Assembly (NCBI GenBank): GCA_965216315.1
Contig: CBDCFN010000015.1
Span: forward strand, 96,001 to 160,000
Reading direction: 5' to 3'
From: a bacterium
GTDB lineage: Bacteria > UBA10199 > 2-02-FULL-50-16 > JAJFLM01
DNA: 64,000 nucleotides
The position numbers and the translations under genes are program-made. The notes below the pieces were generated by a model. The model saw only the letters and a list, made by a program, of their open reading frames with translations, was not told the origin of the DNA and searched no databases. Within the stretch, counting starts at the first letter, position 1. Each line of letters begins with the position of its first letter. Positions 20,132-29,406 of this stretch are shown here, in pieces.

Positions 20132-23100
20132 CTACGACACATTTACATGAGGCAATAAGCTCTGCAAGAAATATTGAGGCGCCTTCAAGCGCTCGGAATC
20201 GTTCTCGGCCTCCCCTTGCACAACCAGCTTCATATCCGGAGTCAGGCGATATTTATCGGGATCTTGCTGGACTCGCTCCATAATCACATCCGGCGAAAGC
20301 GGGGTGGAGGCATCAAAACTATAAACAAATTGTTTATGACTATAATGAACGGCGCGCAGCCGTAGTTGTTTGGCGAGCACCTTTACCTGCATCAGCTTCA
20401 GCAAATTTTCCGTCTCGCTCGGCAAGGGTCCAAACCGATCTACCAGCTCCTCTTCATATTGATAGGCTTCATCGAAAGACCGCATCGCCGCCAGCCGGCG
20501 ATACATATCCAAACGCAATGCGGGATCTCGAATATAATCCTCCGGAATGCCCGCAGGCACACGTAAATGTAGTTCGGGTTCGATCACTTCCTCAAAAACC
20601 TCCCCTTTCAACTCCTTGATCGCCTGCTCCAGGAGCTCAACGTAGAGATCGTAGCCAATCGCCTCTAAATGTCCCGATTGTTTATCACCGAGCACGTTTC
20701 CCGCCCCACGTATTTCCAAATCATGACAGGCCATCTTAAAACCGCTCCCCAGCTCACTAAAACGTTTAAGGACCGCCAACCGTTTCTTGGCATCCGCCGT
20801 CATCTCTGCACGTGAGGATATCAGCAAGTAAGCATAGGCCCGTTGGGCTCCACGGCCGACACGGCCACGCAATTGATAGATCTGTGCCAACCCAAATTGA
20901 TCCGCACGCTCGATGAGAATCGTATTGGCGGTCGGAATGTCGATGCCCGATTCAATAATTGTCGTGCAGAGCAACAAATCATATTCGTGATTCGCAAAAG
21001 CAATCATGGCGGCTTCCAGTTCCTGTTCTTTCATCTGTCCGTGGGCGACGCCTATACGGATATCCGGTAAAATACGTTTGAGGCGCTGGGCGGTATTTTG
21101 GATATCCATCACCCGGTTATGGACAAAAAAGACCTGACCACCACGCCTGACTTCACGTTCAACGGCTTCCTGAATCGTCGCATCACTATCAGGTGTCACA
21201 TAAGTACGAATTGAAAGGCGATCTGTCGGCGGTGTTTCAATGACACTGATGCCACGCAGCCCCGACATTGCCATGTTAAGCGTGCGAGGAATCGGCGTCG
21301 CGGATAAAGCCAAGACATCAACTGATTTTTTAAACTGTTTAATTTTTTCTTTTTGCGTCACACCAAAGCGATGTTCCTCATCAATAACGAGCAGGCCCAA
21401 ATTTGGCATATTAATGTCGTTTTGCAGCAAACGATGTGTCCCAATAACGATATCTATTTCACCCGTTGCCAGTTGAGCCAAGGTCGCTTGAATCTCCTTA
21501 CGATTCTGGAACCGAGATAGAATGCCCAGCTTGACCGGATACTGATTGAAGCGTTCGACAAAACTCCGGTAATGCTGAAAGGCCAGCACCGTGGTCGGCA
21601 CCAGTACAGCGGTCTGTTTATTTTCGAGTGCCGCCTTAAAAGCCGCGCGCATAGCGACCTCGGTTTTTCCATAACCGACATCCCCCAGCACAAGACGATC
21701 CATAGGCTGGGGCTTTTCCATATCCGCAATGACTTCTTCAATCGTCCGGTCCTGGTCCTCGGTTTCCTCATAAGGAAAACTCGCCTCAAAAGCCTCAAAG
21801 ATTTCATTGGCCGGGGCAAAGGCATGACCGACACCAGCAGCACGAACCGCATAGAGATTGAGAAGTTCACCTGCCATTTGTCGGATGGCTTTTTGGGCCT
21901 TTTCGCGCACCTTATGCCATGACGCCCCGCCAAGTTTATCAAGTCGTGGCACCTTGGCTCCACCCGTATAGGGAGTCACCTGATTCATTCGATAAACCGG
22001 GACATAAAGTTTGTCTCCTTGCGCGTATTCCAAGACGAGGAAGTCGTTGCCGACACCTTCGAAATCGAGACGTGTCATCCCGAGATAACGACCAATCCCA
22101 TTTTCTTCATGTACAAGCGGGTCTCCCTCTTTGAGTTCTCCAAACGAGAGAAACCGCTCCTGACTGGCGGGACCGCGCACGCGCTTGTGCGCCTTGGGCC
22201 CGAAGATCTCTTCATCCGTAACAATGATGAGGCGCTCATCCGGCCAACGGAAACCACGCGTTAATTCACCCAGCACCACCGGGATTTCCCCCGTCCTGCC
22301 TTGCTGGATTGTCGTATTAAAATCACTGTCCCTTGCCACCAATGACAATTCGTACGGCGCAAAGAGGTCGAGAAGACGTCGGCGTTGGGCCGTCGTCGAG
22401 GCCACAATGACAAGGCGGCACTCTTCCTGCCACTTCGTTAACTGCCCCGCCAACTCTTGGAGCGGAGCATCAGCGGCTTTGCGAATAGTCCAGCGCAGAT
22501 CTTCATTGGCCTCGACCGCTGCATGAAGGCTCGGTCGACCTTCATCGCTCACGCCCCCGATATAAAGAGAAGCACCGTCGACAGGTTCGATCATCGACTC
22601 GTTAATAACTTCATCCGGTTTCACCACCCGCTCAAGGCTCTCGGAGTGTTCATAAACCGTGTTCAATTCAGTCTTGAGTTCTTCGAGGTGTTCTTTAATC
22701 GCGGCACCATCCGAAAAGATATATTGCGTCCCCGCAGGGAAATAGGCCGGGAGATAAGACGTCCCCAGCAAAGAAAGCAACTGTTCCACCCCACCGAAAA
22801 GCATTCCCGACCGGAGTTTGCTCGCACCATCGCGTTTTTCCGTTGCCTTGAGACCGATTTCATCAGCCCGTTTAACAAAGGCCGCGGCCAACTCTTCGCG
22901 CAACTCCTCATCCCAAAGTAACTCGCGCACCGGGACCAACGTCACTTGTGGCAGGGTCTCCAGTGAAGTCTGTTTCTTAGGATCAAAGCGGCGAATCGAC
23001 TCAATCTCGTCCCCGAAAAGTTCAATCCGCCAAGGCGTGTTGTCCAGTGGTCCCCAGAGATCAACGATCCCACCGCGCACGGCATAGGTCCCGCGATCCT

Positions 23101-23596
23101 CAACCAAGGGTGTTTGCTGATAACCCCAGTCCAACAGATATTGCACCAAGATATCCCGATCGGAGGTATCACCCGGTTTTAAAAGCTGCTGTTTGTCGCG
23201 CAGACGTTCCGGCGGCAAGACGTAAGAGGCTAAAGCCGATGCCGAGGTCACAACCACCTGAGGGCCGGGCTCATGCAATAGGGCAATCAATGTCTTGATC
23301 CGTTGGGCCTGCACATCACGATGCGGCGATACCTGAAAATAGGGCAGGGTATCCAAGGGGGGAAAACGATGGACCGCCGCCGCACAACCATAAAATTCCA
23401 ACTCACTCGCGATCTGCTCGAGATCCTTGGTCGTCGGAACCACGTAGACCGTTAACGGAGGAGCCTTGCGCGCTAACAGCCGTGAGACCAAATAGGCCGG
23501 GGCCGAACCCTCAAGGCCCATCAGGCCGAGCGGCGCCTCCGCACCTTGAATAGCACCTAACAGGGTCTCAAGTGATTTACTGTCGTCAGCCGGCAT
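20132..23596 (-). CDS. mfd: Transcription-repair coupling factor
   Basis: UvrB-like module, CarD-like domain, GDVGYGKT, DEEHRFG, SATPIPRT, QLRGRVGR, TRCF C-terminus. Confidence 0.98.
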   Translation of the reverse strand: MPADDSKSLETLLGAIQGAEAPLGLMGLEGSAPAYLVSRLLARKAPPLTVYVVPTTKDLEQIASELEFYGCAAAVHRFPPLDTLPYFQVSPHRDVQAQRIKTLIALLHEPGPQVVVTSASALASYVLPPERLRDKQQLLKPGDTSDRDILVQYLLDWGYQQTPLVEDRGTYAVRGGIVDLWGPLDNTPWRIELFGDEIESIRRFDPKKQTSLETLPQVTLVPVRELLWDEELREELAAAFVKRADEIGLKATEKRDGASKLRSGMLFGGVEQLLSLLGTSYLPAYFPAGTQYIFSDGAAIKEHLEELKTELNTVYEHSESLERVVKPDEVINESMIEPVDGASLYIGGVSDEGRPSLHAAVEANEDLRWTIRKAADAPLQELAGQLTKWQEECRLVIVASTTAQRRRLLDLFAPYELSLVARDSDFNTTIQQGRTGEIPVVLGELTRGFRWPDERLIIVTDEEIFGPKAHKRVRGPASQERFLSFGELKEGDPLVHEENGIGRYLGMTRLDFEGVGNDFLVLEYAQGDKLYVPVYRMNQVTPYTGGAKVPRLDKLGGASWHKVREKAQKAIRQMAGELLNLYAVRAAGVGHAFAPANEIFEAFEASFPYEETEDQDRTIEEVIADMEKPQPMDRLVLGDVGYGKTEVAMRAAFKAALENKQTAVLVPTTVLAFQHYRSFVERFNQYPVKLGILSRFQNRKEIQATLAQLATGEIDIVIGTHRLLQNDINMPNLGLLVIDEEHRFGVTQKEKIKQFKKSVDVLALSATPIPRTLNMAMSGLRGISVIETPPTDRLSIRTYVTPDSDATIQEAVEREVRRGGQVFFVHNRVMDIQNTAQRLKRILPDIRIGVAHGQMKEQELEAAMIAFANHEYDLLLCTTIIESGIDIPTANTILIERADQFGLAQIYQLRGRVGRGAQRAYAYLLISSRAEMTADAKKRLAVLKRFSELGSGFKMACHDLEIRGAGNVLGDKQSGHLEAIGYDLYVELLEQAIKELKGEVFEEVIEPELHLRVPAGIPEDYIRDPALRLDMYRRLAAMRSFDEAYQYEEELVDRFGPLPSETENLLKLMQVKVLAKQLRLRAVHYSHKQFVYSFDASTPLSPDVIMERVQQDPDKYRLTPDMKLVVQGEAENDSERLKAPQYFLQSLLPHVNVS

Positions 23597-23619
23597 TATT
23601 AATGATATCCTTTACTTAT

Positions 23620-24630
23620 ATGTCACCTAGCGGATCCAACATACCATCGCAACCTCGCGGCCCCCAGCAGCCCAGAATAACTCAGGAAGGCGGCCGCGAA
23701 TCGGTTGAATCGGTCAAGCCCGACGCTGGCAAGCAGCAACAGGCCCAGAAAGATCAGTTTTCGAAACAAGGCCTCAACAAAGTTCTGCGCCAGATGAAGC
23801 AGATGGTGAGTGAAAAAGGCAAGGGCTTTCAGGCGGGACGCATGCTGGCCGGCAAGACAACGGGGCCCCTTGGAGTCCTCACCGAAGAATTACGTGCAGA
23901 AATGCGGGCGGCCGTTCAGACAGCAAAAGACGGTGACTTTACCGATTTTGAAAAAGTCTTCCTCGAATACTTTATGGGCGAGAAAAGCCTCGGTGTCTTA
24001 CTCGCCGCCGGTGAAAAAAAATACCGTAAGAAACAGCTCCAGCAGTGGAAAGAATTTTTCGAACAACTCTATTCTTATATCCAGGAAAAATCCGCCGATG
24101 CAGAGTCGATACGCGAATTGATTTTTCGCGGCATCTCCAATCAGGATCCGCGTCCCGATGATCCCAAGGCTCAGTCGGGAAAACCGGTGCTGATTGCCGA
24201 CCTTTACATTAAAAGAGAACGTCGCGATCGTTGTGAAAAGTTTGTGCGTCTGGAAATCCCAACCACGGAGGCCCTCAATACGCTGCGCAACTTAGAGCCC
24301 GGCGCCGTCATCAGCGTCGAAACTTTGGTCCAATGCTTTGGCAGTGATGACATCCCCTATCTCTGTCTTTATTACCGTCCGGTCCGTGAGGGAGCTCTGA
24401 CCGCTCAAGGTCATCCCGCCGCCCGCCATATGGCCCGCCATGCCGGCGCCGCCGCCCAAGCGACTGAAGCCATGTACTCCGGCGGCCTCGATGTCTCCTC
24501 CAAGGCCGCCAACTTGGCCGAACATCATGTCAAAGGCAAAGGCGACGAGAAGCTCAAAGAAACGAAAGAGGCCGGCACCGACAACGAGCTCTACAAGCAG
24601 AAGAATCTGCTCGATAAGCTGCTGAGTTAG
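23620..24630 (+). CDS. Hypothetical protein with Q/P-rich disordered N-terminus
   Basis: Long ORF; ATG at 23620 avoids overlap with mfd; no recognised motif. Confidence 0.65.
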   Translation: MSPSGSNIPSQPRGPQQPRITQEGGRESVESVKPDAGKQQQAQKDQFSKQGLNKVLRQMKQMVSEKGKGFQAGRMLAGKTTGPLGVLTEELRAEMRAAVQTAKDGDFTDFEKVFLEYFMGEKSLGVLLAAGEKKYRKKQLQQWKEFFEQLYSYIQEKSADAESIRELIFRGISNQDPRPDDPKAQSGKPVLIADLYIKRERRDRCEKFVRLEIPTTEALNTLRNLEPGAVISVETLVQCFGSDDIPYLCLYYRPVREGALTAQGHPAARHMARHAGAAAQATEAMYSGGLDVSSKAANLAEHHVKGKGDEKLKETKEAGTDNELYKQKNLLDKLLS

Positions 24631-24636
24631 TTCTGA

Positions 24637-25323
24637 TTACTTCGTGTAGAACAACGTCGACTCGATACTGCGTCGATAGAGAAGACCGCGCACGGGTTTC
24701 TTGACAGGACGTCCTTGGCCGTCATGCACCGTTACTTTAACCCAACGAAGTAACTCGCGGCCGACTTCGTGGTACTGACCAGCATTGAGTTTCTTGAGCA
24801 GCGTGGAACTCGCAAAGGCGCATTCACCAATGTTGAACACCAAACTCACGAGTGCATTAAATTGATTCTGGCTCAACGGCACGATCACGAGTTGACGAAC
24901 CGCGTTGACGGCCTTGGCCGCGTCTTGTTTAAGGAGCGCCCATGCCGCCTGGCGGGTAATCCCTTTGGCAAAGCGCGCGTGCTCTCCCGGTAAAAGAAGA
25001 TGCCCATACCCAATCGTCGGATGACCGGCGAGATCCCGATAGATCTGGCTACGATAGCCCTCGAAACGGGCGATCAGACGCAAACCCGCTGCATCGATAT
25101 CATCGACGATGCCCGCCAACTTATACAGTGACAGATAGGTCTTGCGCTGGCGATAGAACGGGGAGTTGGGATCATTCTTGAGTTCATACTTAGTCGGCAG
25201 CCGCTGTGTGGACGGCGGACGAGCCTTGGCCCGACAGCGTTGGCCTATCTCGGTCAACTGAACCAGGTCACGCTCCAAATAGCGACGGAGCTCGGGGGAT
25301 ATGGGTTTTTGCACCGCAAACAT
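24637..25323 (-). CDS. GH24 phage-type lysozyme with N-terminal extension
   Basis: FEGYRSQIYRDLAGHPTIGYGH (E-x8-D-x5-T), QNQFNALVSLVFNIG, GLLYRRSIE; start chosen at ATG 25323, downstream of promoter motif and AGGA. Confidence 0.88.
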   Translation of the reverse strand: MFAVQKPISPELRRYLERDLVQLTEIGQRCRAKARPPSTQRLPTKYELKNDPNSPFYRQRKTYLSLYKLAGIVDDIDAAGLRLIARFEGYRSQIYRDLAGHPTIGYGHLLLPGEHARFAKGITRQAAWALLKQDAAKAVNAVRQLVIVPLSQNQFNALVSLVFNIGECAFASSTLLKKLNAGQYHEVGRELLRWVKVTVHDGQGRPVKKPVRGLLYRRSIESTLFYTK

Positions 25324-25343
25324 CGCACGTCCTACAGCACCCA

Positions 25344-25371
25344 TTATCGGATAAGTAACCGAAAAGGTGCT
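25344..25371 (-). promoter_or_regulatory. Shared alternative-sigma-like promoter motif (lysozyme)
   Basis: AGCACCTTT-TCGGTTACTTAT-CCGATAA. Confidence 0.6.
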
Positions 25372-25479
25372 CACAAGTTTTTCTGCTCCCCGCAAAAAAA
25401 TCGGCGACAAACACGAATATTGAGGAATTAGAGGTGCTGATCATGGTAAATACCTGTACCAGCCGGAAGGAGCACAATT

Positions 25480-26769
25480 ATGAGTGAGACAGCACAAATC
25501 AAACTTGGGGATAAAGAATATGATCTGCCCATATTGACGGGTACGGAGGATGAGCGTGCGATTGACATCCGAACGCTGCGTAAAAAGACCGGGCATATCA
25601 CCTATGACCCCGCTTACGTCAATACGGGGGCGTGCCGTTCAAGCATCACGTTTATTGATGGAGAAAAAGGAATACTCCGTTATCGCGGCATCCCCATCGA
25701 AATACTCGCGGATCATGCGGATTTCATCGAGACCGCGTATCTGTTGATCTATGGGCAGTTGCCCAACCAAGAACAGCGCAAAAAATTCAGCGATGATTTG
25801 ACATATCACTCTCTGATTCACGAAGACATGAAGAATTTCTTCAATGGTTACCCGGTCACGGCTCATCCCATGGCGATATTGTCCGCGATGGTCGGTTCGC
25901 TATCCGCTTACCATCCGAACGCGATCGATCCCGATATTTCTGAGCAAGATTCAGATCAGAATTATATTCGACTGCTCTCTAAAGTCCGAACGATAGCGGC
26001 CGCATCGCATAAGAAATCGATCGGGCAACCGATCATTTACCCGAGAAACGATCTCTCTTATTGCGCTAATTTTCTCTATATGACGTTTGCCGTTCCCTCC
26101 GAACCCTATGAAATAGACCCGGAAGTGGTTAAGGCACTGAACCTGTTATTGATCGTTCACGCCGATCACGAACAAAATTGCTCGACGTCCACAGTCCGGC
26201 TGGTCGCTTCTTCGAGAGCGAATATTTTTGCAGCCATCTCCGCCGGGATCAGTGCTCTCTGGGGGCCACTCCACGGAGGCGCCAATCAGAAAGTCATTGA
26301 AATGCTGGACCGTATTGAACGGGAACACCTCAAAGTCAGCGATATCGTAGCTGCCGCGAAGGAAAAAGACAGTTCATTTCGTTTAATGGGATTCGGACAT
26401 CGCGTCTATAAAAATTATGATCCACGGGCCAAAATATTAAAGGCTTCTTGTGACAAGATCTTCCAAAAACTGGGATACAAAGATCCCTTGCTGGAGATCG
26501 CAAAAGAACTGGAGGAAAGAGCCCTGAATGATTCTTATTTCATCGAAAAAAAATTATATCCCAACGTCGATTTCTATTCAGGTATTCTCTATCGTGCCTT
26601 GGGCATTCCTACAAACATGTTCACGGTTATGTTTGCTTTGGGACGACTGCCCGGATGGATCGCACATTACAAAGAATTAATGGCCGACCCTGAATTCAAG
26701 ATCGGAAGGCCGCGGCAACTTTATAGCGGTAATACGGAAACGCCCTATACGTCGATCGAATCGCGCTAA
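25480..26769 (+). CDS. gltA: Citrate synthase (type II)
   Basis: HADHEQNCST, GPLHGGAN, GFGHRVY, YPNVDFYSG. Confidence 0.97.
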   Translation: MSETAQIKLGDKEYDLPILTGTEDERAIDIRTLRKKTGHITYDPAYVNTGACRSSITFIDGEKGILRYRGIPIEILADHADFIETAYLLIYGQLPNQEQRKKFSDDLTYHSLIHEDMKNFFNGYPVTAHPMAILSAMVGSLSAYHPNAIDPDISEQDSDQNYIRLLSKVRTIAAASHKKSIGQPIIYPRNDLSYCANFLYMTFAVPSEPYEIDPEVVKALNLLLIVHADHEQNCSTSTVRLVASSRANIFAAISAGISALWGPLHGGANQKVIEMLDRIEREHLKVSDIVAAAKEKDSSFRLMGFGHRVYKNYDPRAKILKASCDKIFQKLGYKDPLLEIAKELEERALNDSYFIEKKLYPNVDFYSGILYRALGIPTNMFTVMFALGRLPGWIAHYKELMADPEFKIGRPRQLYSGNTETPYTSIESR

Positions 26770-26785
26770 TGTCTTGTTTTAAAAC

Positions 26786-27169
26786 TCAGTAGGTATCTTT
26801 GGGGTCGAAAACCGGCTCGCCGACGAATTTGAGCTCTCCGTCTTCGAGTTTTCGATAAAAGCAAGTCCGATAGCCGACATGACAGGCCGCGACGTTCTGC
26901 TTCACCTTGATCAGGATGGCATCCATATCACAGTCGACGTAGACCTCTTTGACCTCTTGGGTATGGCCGGAGGACTCCCCCTTGACCCAATACTTTTGCC
27001 GCGAGCGCGACCAAAAATTGGTATACGGCCCTTCGAGGGTCGCCTTGAGCGAATCCCGGTTCATGTAGCCAACCATCAAGAGTTCGTTATTATCAATGTC
27101 CTGAATGATCGCCGTCACCAGACCCTTGTCGTCGAATTTCACCTGATCGAGGATGTCTTCTAAACTCAT
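26786..27169 (-). CDS. hisI: Phosphoribosyl-AMP cyclohydrolase
   Basis: WSRSRQKYWVKGESSG, DCDMD, ACHVGYRTCF. Confidence 0.95.
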   Translation of the reverse strand: MSLEDILDQVKFDDKGLVTAIIQDIDNNELLMVGYMNRDSLKATLEGPYTNFWSRSRQKYWVKGESSGHTQEVKEVYVDCDMDAILIKVKQNVAACHVGYRTCFYRKLEDGELKFVGEPVFDPKDTY

Positions 27170-27236
27170 GGGAGGAGTTCTCGCTAAAGCCCGCTCATTT
27201 GTCAAATTGAAGGGTTACCCGGGCGCTCTGATAGTT

Positions 27237-27263
27237 AGCAACTTTCCCGCCCTCTGACCGAAA
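27237..27263 (+). promoter_or_regulatory. Shared alternative-sigma-like promoter motif (27286 gene)
   Basis: AGCAACTTT-CCCGCCCTCTGA-CCGAAA. Confidence 0.6.
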
Positions 27264-27285
27264 TTCAGGCCTGGGACCAGGGTTT

Positions 27286-29358
27286 ATGGGAATCTACACA
27301 CTCGCAGCACCACTCAGCACGACGACGTTGGCGGCCAGCTCCTTCCAAAACTGGTCACTGCGGCTCTATGGCCGGGCCGTAACCCTCGGGGAGCGGACCC
27401 AGCAACTCGCCCAAGAGACGGGTTTGAGCGACTTTTTGCTCGGCCCGGATGGGAGCCGCCGCCGTGATCTCCTGGCGCGCACCCCCAAACTCAGCTCCCT
27501 CGTTCAAAGCCATGACGGCCTGCGGACCTTTCATCTTCAGGGTCGGCTCTCCGTCTATCCGCAGGTCACCCAACATCCTCATTGGGTCGAGCTGATTACC
27601 CTACTCGCCGGACCGACAAGTGTGGGCCTCGATGGCCACCCTCGTATCCACCGGGAAAGCTTCCAACAATTCCTTCAACATATTCCCCACGTCCTCGCTG
27701 ACGGGGCTGAACTCTTGGACTGGCTGGACGCGCTCGAAAAGGTACTGCCGGAAGCCCTGCGCACGAGCGAGGAAGATGCTCATTCGATGCAACGGGCTAT
27801 TCGTGCCACGCGCACCATGATTAACACGGCTTCGGTGACGGCACCACCGGATATGTGGTTGCTCCGCCAAATACTTTCGACGCATGAAGAACTAGGCCTC
27901 TTGCAGGACTTGAATAGCGGCATGACGATTAACGTCGCCGAGTACGCCGCGCGTAACGAGTTGGATGAACGTCAACTCGGCATCGACCTCGAGTTTCTCT
28001 TCGCGCGCGGTTACCTCGACCGTACCCCTCAAGGCTATGTCAAGACCACCTCAACCGCCTCCTACGTCCTTGAAGAGATCGTGGCCCTCCCGACTCAATA
28101 TCGCACGGACATGACTGGCGAATTGATCAGCTGGTTCAAAGGTGAGACCGGACTGGCCCGGGAAGAGTTGATTGAAGGCTGGCTGGGAAGCCGCATCGCC
28201 AGCCGCACACCAACCGCCGGCTGGACCGCATCGACCCATGAAATAGAGATTGGCTATCGTGTTGTCCCCTTAGTCCTTGCCCTTAATGCTGCAGGTTTAT
28301 TGAAAGGTATCCGGCGCGGTCGCGAGTTTAATCCCCCTCATTTTACTCTTGAGATGAAGCAGCTCTTTGAAGAGGCGGGCATTTTAAGCGAGGGAAAAGT
28401 AACGTCCTTAGGCCTGCGCATGCTCAGGCGTGGTCCCGGCCCTTTCGGCATCATCGGAACCTATCATACCTATACAACCCAACACACACAGCTCCTGCAA
28501 GCGAATGGCCTCAAACCACATGTGCAGCGCGGACCGAATGTCGCTGCCAGTCGCGATGCGAATCGCCGTGACTTTGAAAATGGAGTGCGTCAACTGGAGA
28601 AGTATTTCGAAGCTACAGACTGGCAACCAACGGTCGTGATTGAACATGCCTTGGGTCATGGGGTCGCCATTCAGGAATTCGTCAAACGCTTTGGCGCAGA
28701 CGGCCTCCGTTTCTTCGGTTTTGATTACGAAGCCAAGGCCCTCGATGCCGCCAAGGGTGAGCAAGCAGCAGGCACACTACCCGCTAATATGACTTTCGCC
28801 CCTCCAACCGATATCGCCAAACCCGAACGACTGATCAAATTCCTCAGCCTGTCTTTAAGCGATCGGGATTTATCTGCTTTGAGCGAGGATGAGTTATCCA
28901 CCCTCATGAATGAACCCTTAACTGAGGAAGACTTTGCACGTGTTCAACAAGAACGCATCGTCATGATCGTTGGTGCCGGATTCCATGAAGCACGTTTGGA
29001 TGACGACGCGTTGGTAGAAAAACTCAAACTTTATCGCCAAGCCGGCATCCTGATGATGCCGGTCGAGGCCTCGGCCCTGACGACACCAATGCAGCGGGCC
29101 AGTGCCTGGCAAAGTTACAACGCCGGTTTTACCTGGGTCCATGAAACATCGGGACAGCGCCTCCGCTCTCCTGTGCGCTATACATCTCCCCATCATCGCC
29201 ACAGCTGGCCTGACTTGTTTCAGGCGGCGGGTTACCGCATCGAAGAACATTATTCTCAAGGTACCCGTCCTCTCTTTCCTTACGTCGCACCCAGGCCGGA
29301 GAATCCACCGATCAGTTATACATTCCTGGCTGTTCCCCGAGCGACAAAAGAGATCTAG
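27286..29358 (+). CDS. AprA-related class I SAM methyltransferase-like protein with N-terminal extension
   Basis: Winged-helix-like LEFLFARGYL; HVQRGPNVAAS, VIEHALGHG (degenerate motif I), GFDYE, DIAKP, GFHE. Confidence 0.55.
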   Translation: MGIYTLAAPLSTTTLAASSFQNWSLRLYGRAVTLGERTQQLAQETGLSDFLLGPDGSRRRDLLARTPKLSSLVQSHDGLRTFHLQGRLSVYPQVTQHPHWVELITLLAGPTSVGLDGHPRIHRESFQQFLQHIPHVLADGAELLDWLDALEKVLPEALRTSEEDAHSMQRAIRATRTMINTASVTAPPDMWLLRQILSTHEELGLLQDLNSGMTINVAEYAARNELDERQLGIDLEFLFARGYLDRTPQGYVKTTSTASYVLEEIVALPTQYRTDMTGELISWFKGETGLAREELIEGWLGSRIASRTPTAGWTASTHEIEIGYRVVPLVLALNAAGLLKGIRRGREFNPPHFTLEMKQLFEEAGILSEGKVTSLGLRMLRRGPGPFGIIGTYHTYTTQHTQLLQANGLKPHVQRGPNVAASRDANRRDFENGVRQLEKYFEATDWQPTVVIEHALGHGVAIQEFVKRFGADGLRFFGFDYEAKALDAAKGEQAAGTLPANMTFAPPTDIAKPERLIKFLSLSLSDRDLSALSEDELSTLMNEPLTEEDFARVQQERIVMIVGAGFHEARLDDDALVEKLKLYRQAGILMMPVEASALTTPMQRASAWQSYNAGFTWVHETSGQRLRSPVRYTSPHHRHSWPDLFQAAGYRIEEHYSQGTRPLFPYVAPRPENPPISYTFLAVPRATKEI

Positions 29359-29406
29359 CTGAAAGCCATAATCCCGTATCGTCCGAGACTGGCAAAATGG
29401 CCACGG

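Noticed and set aside
23567..23606. Shared promoter motif or sigma54 site upstream of the 23620 orphan
   Set aside because: CAAG...GCCGG has the wrong spacing, and CGGCAT-N5-ATGA lacks the -12 GC
24637..25410. Prophage around the lysozyme, and the longer ORF start at 25410
   Set aside because: No integrase, structural or holin genes. The upstream extension overlaps the promoter motif and begins at TTG.
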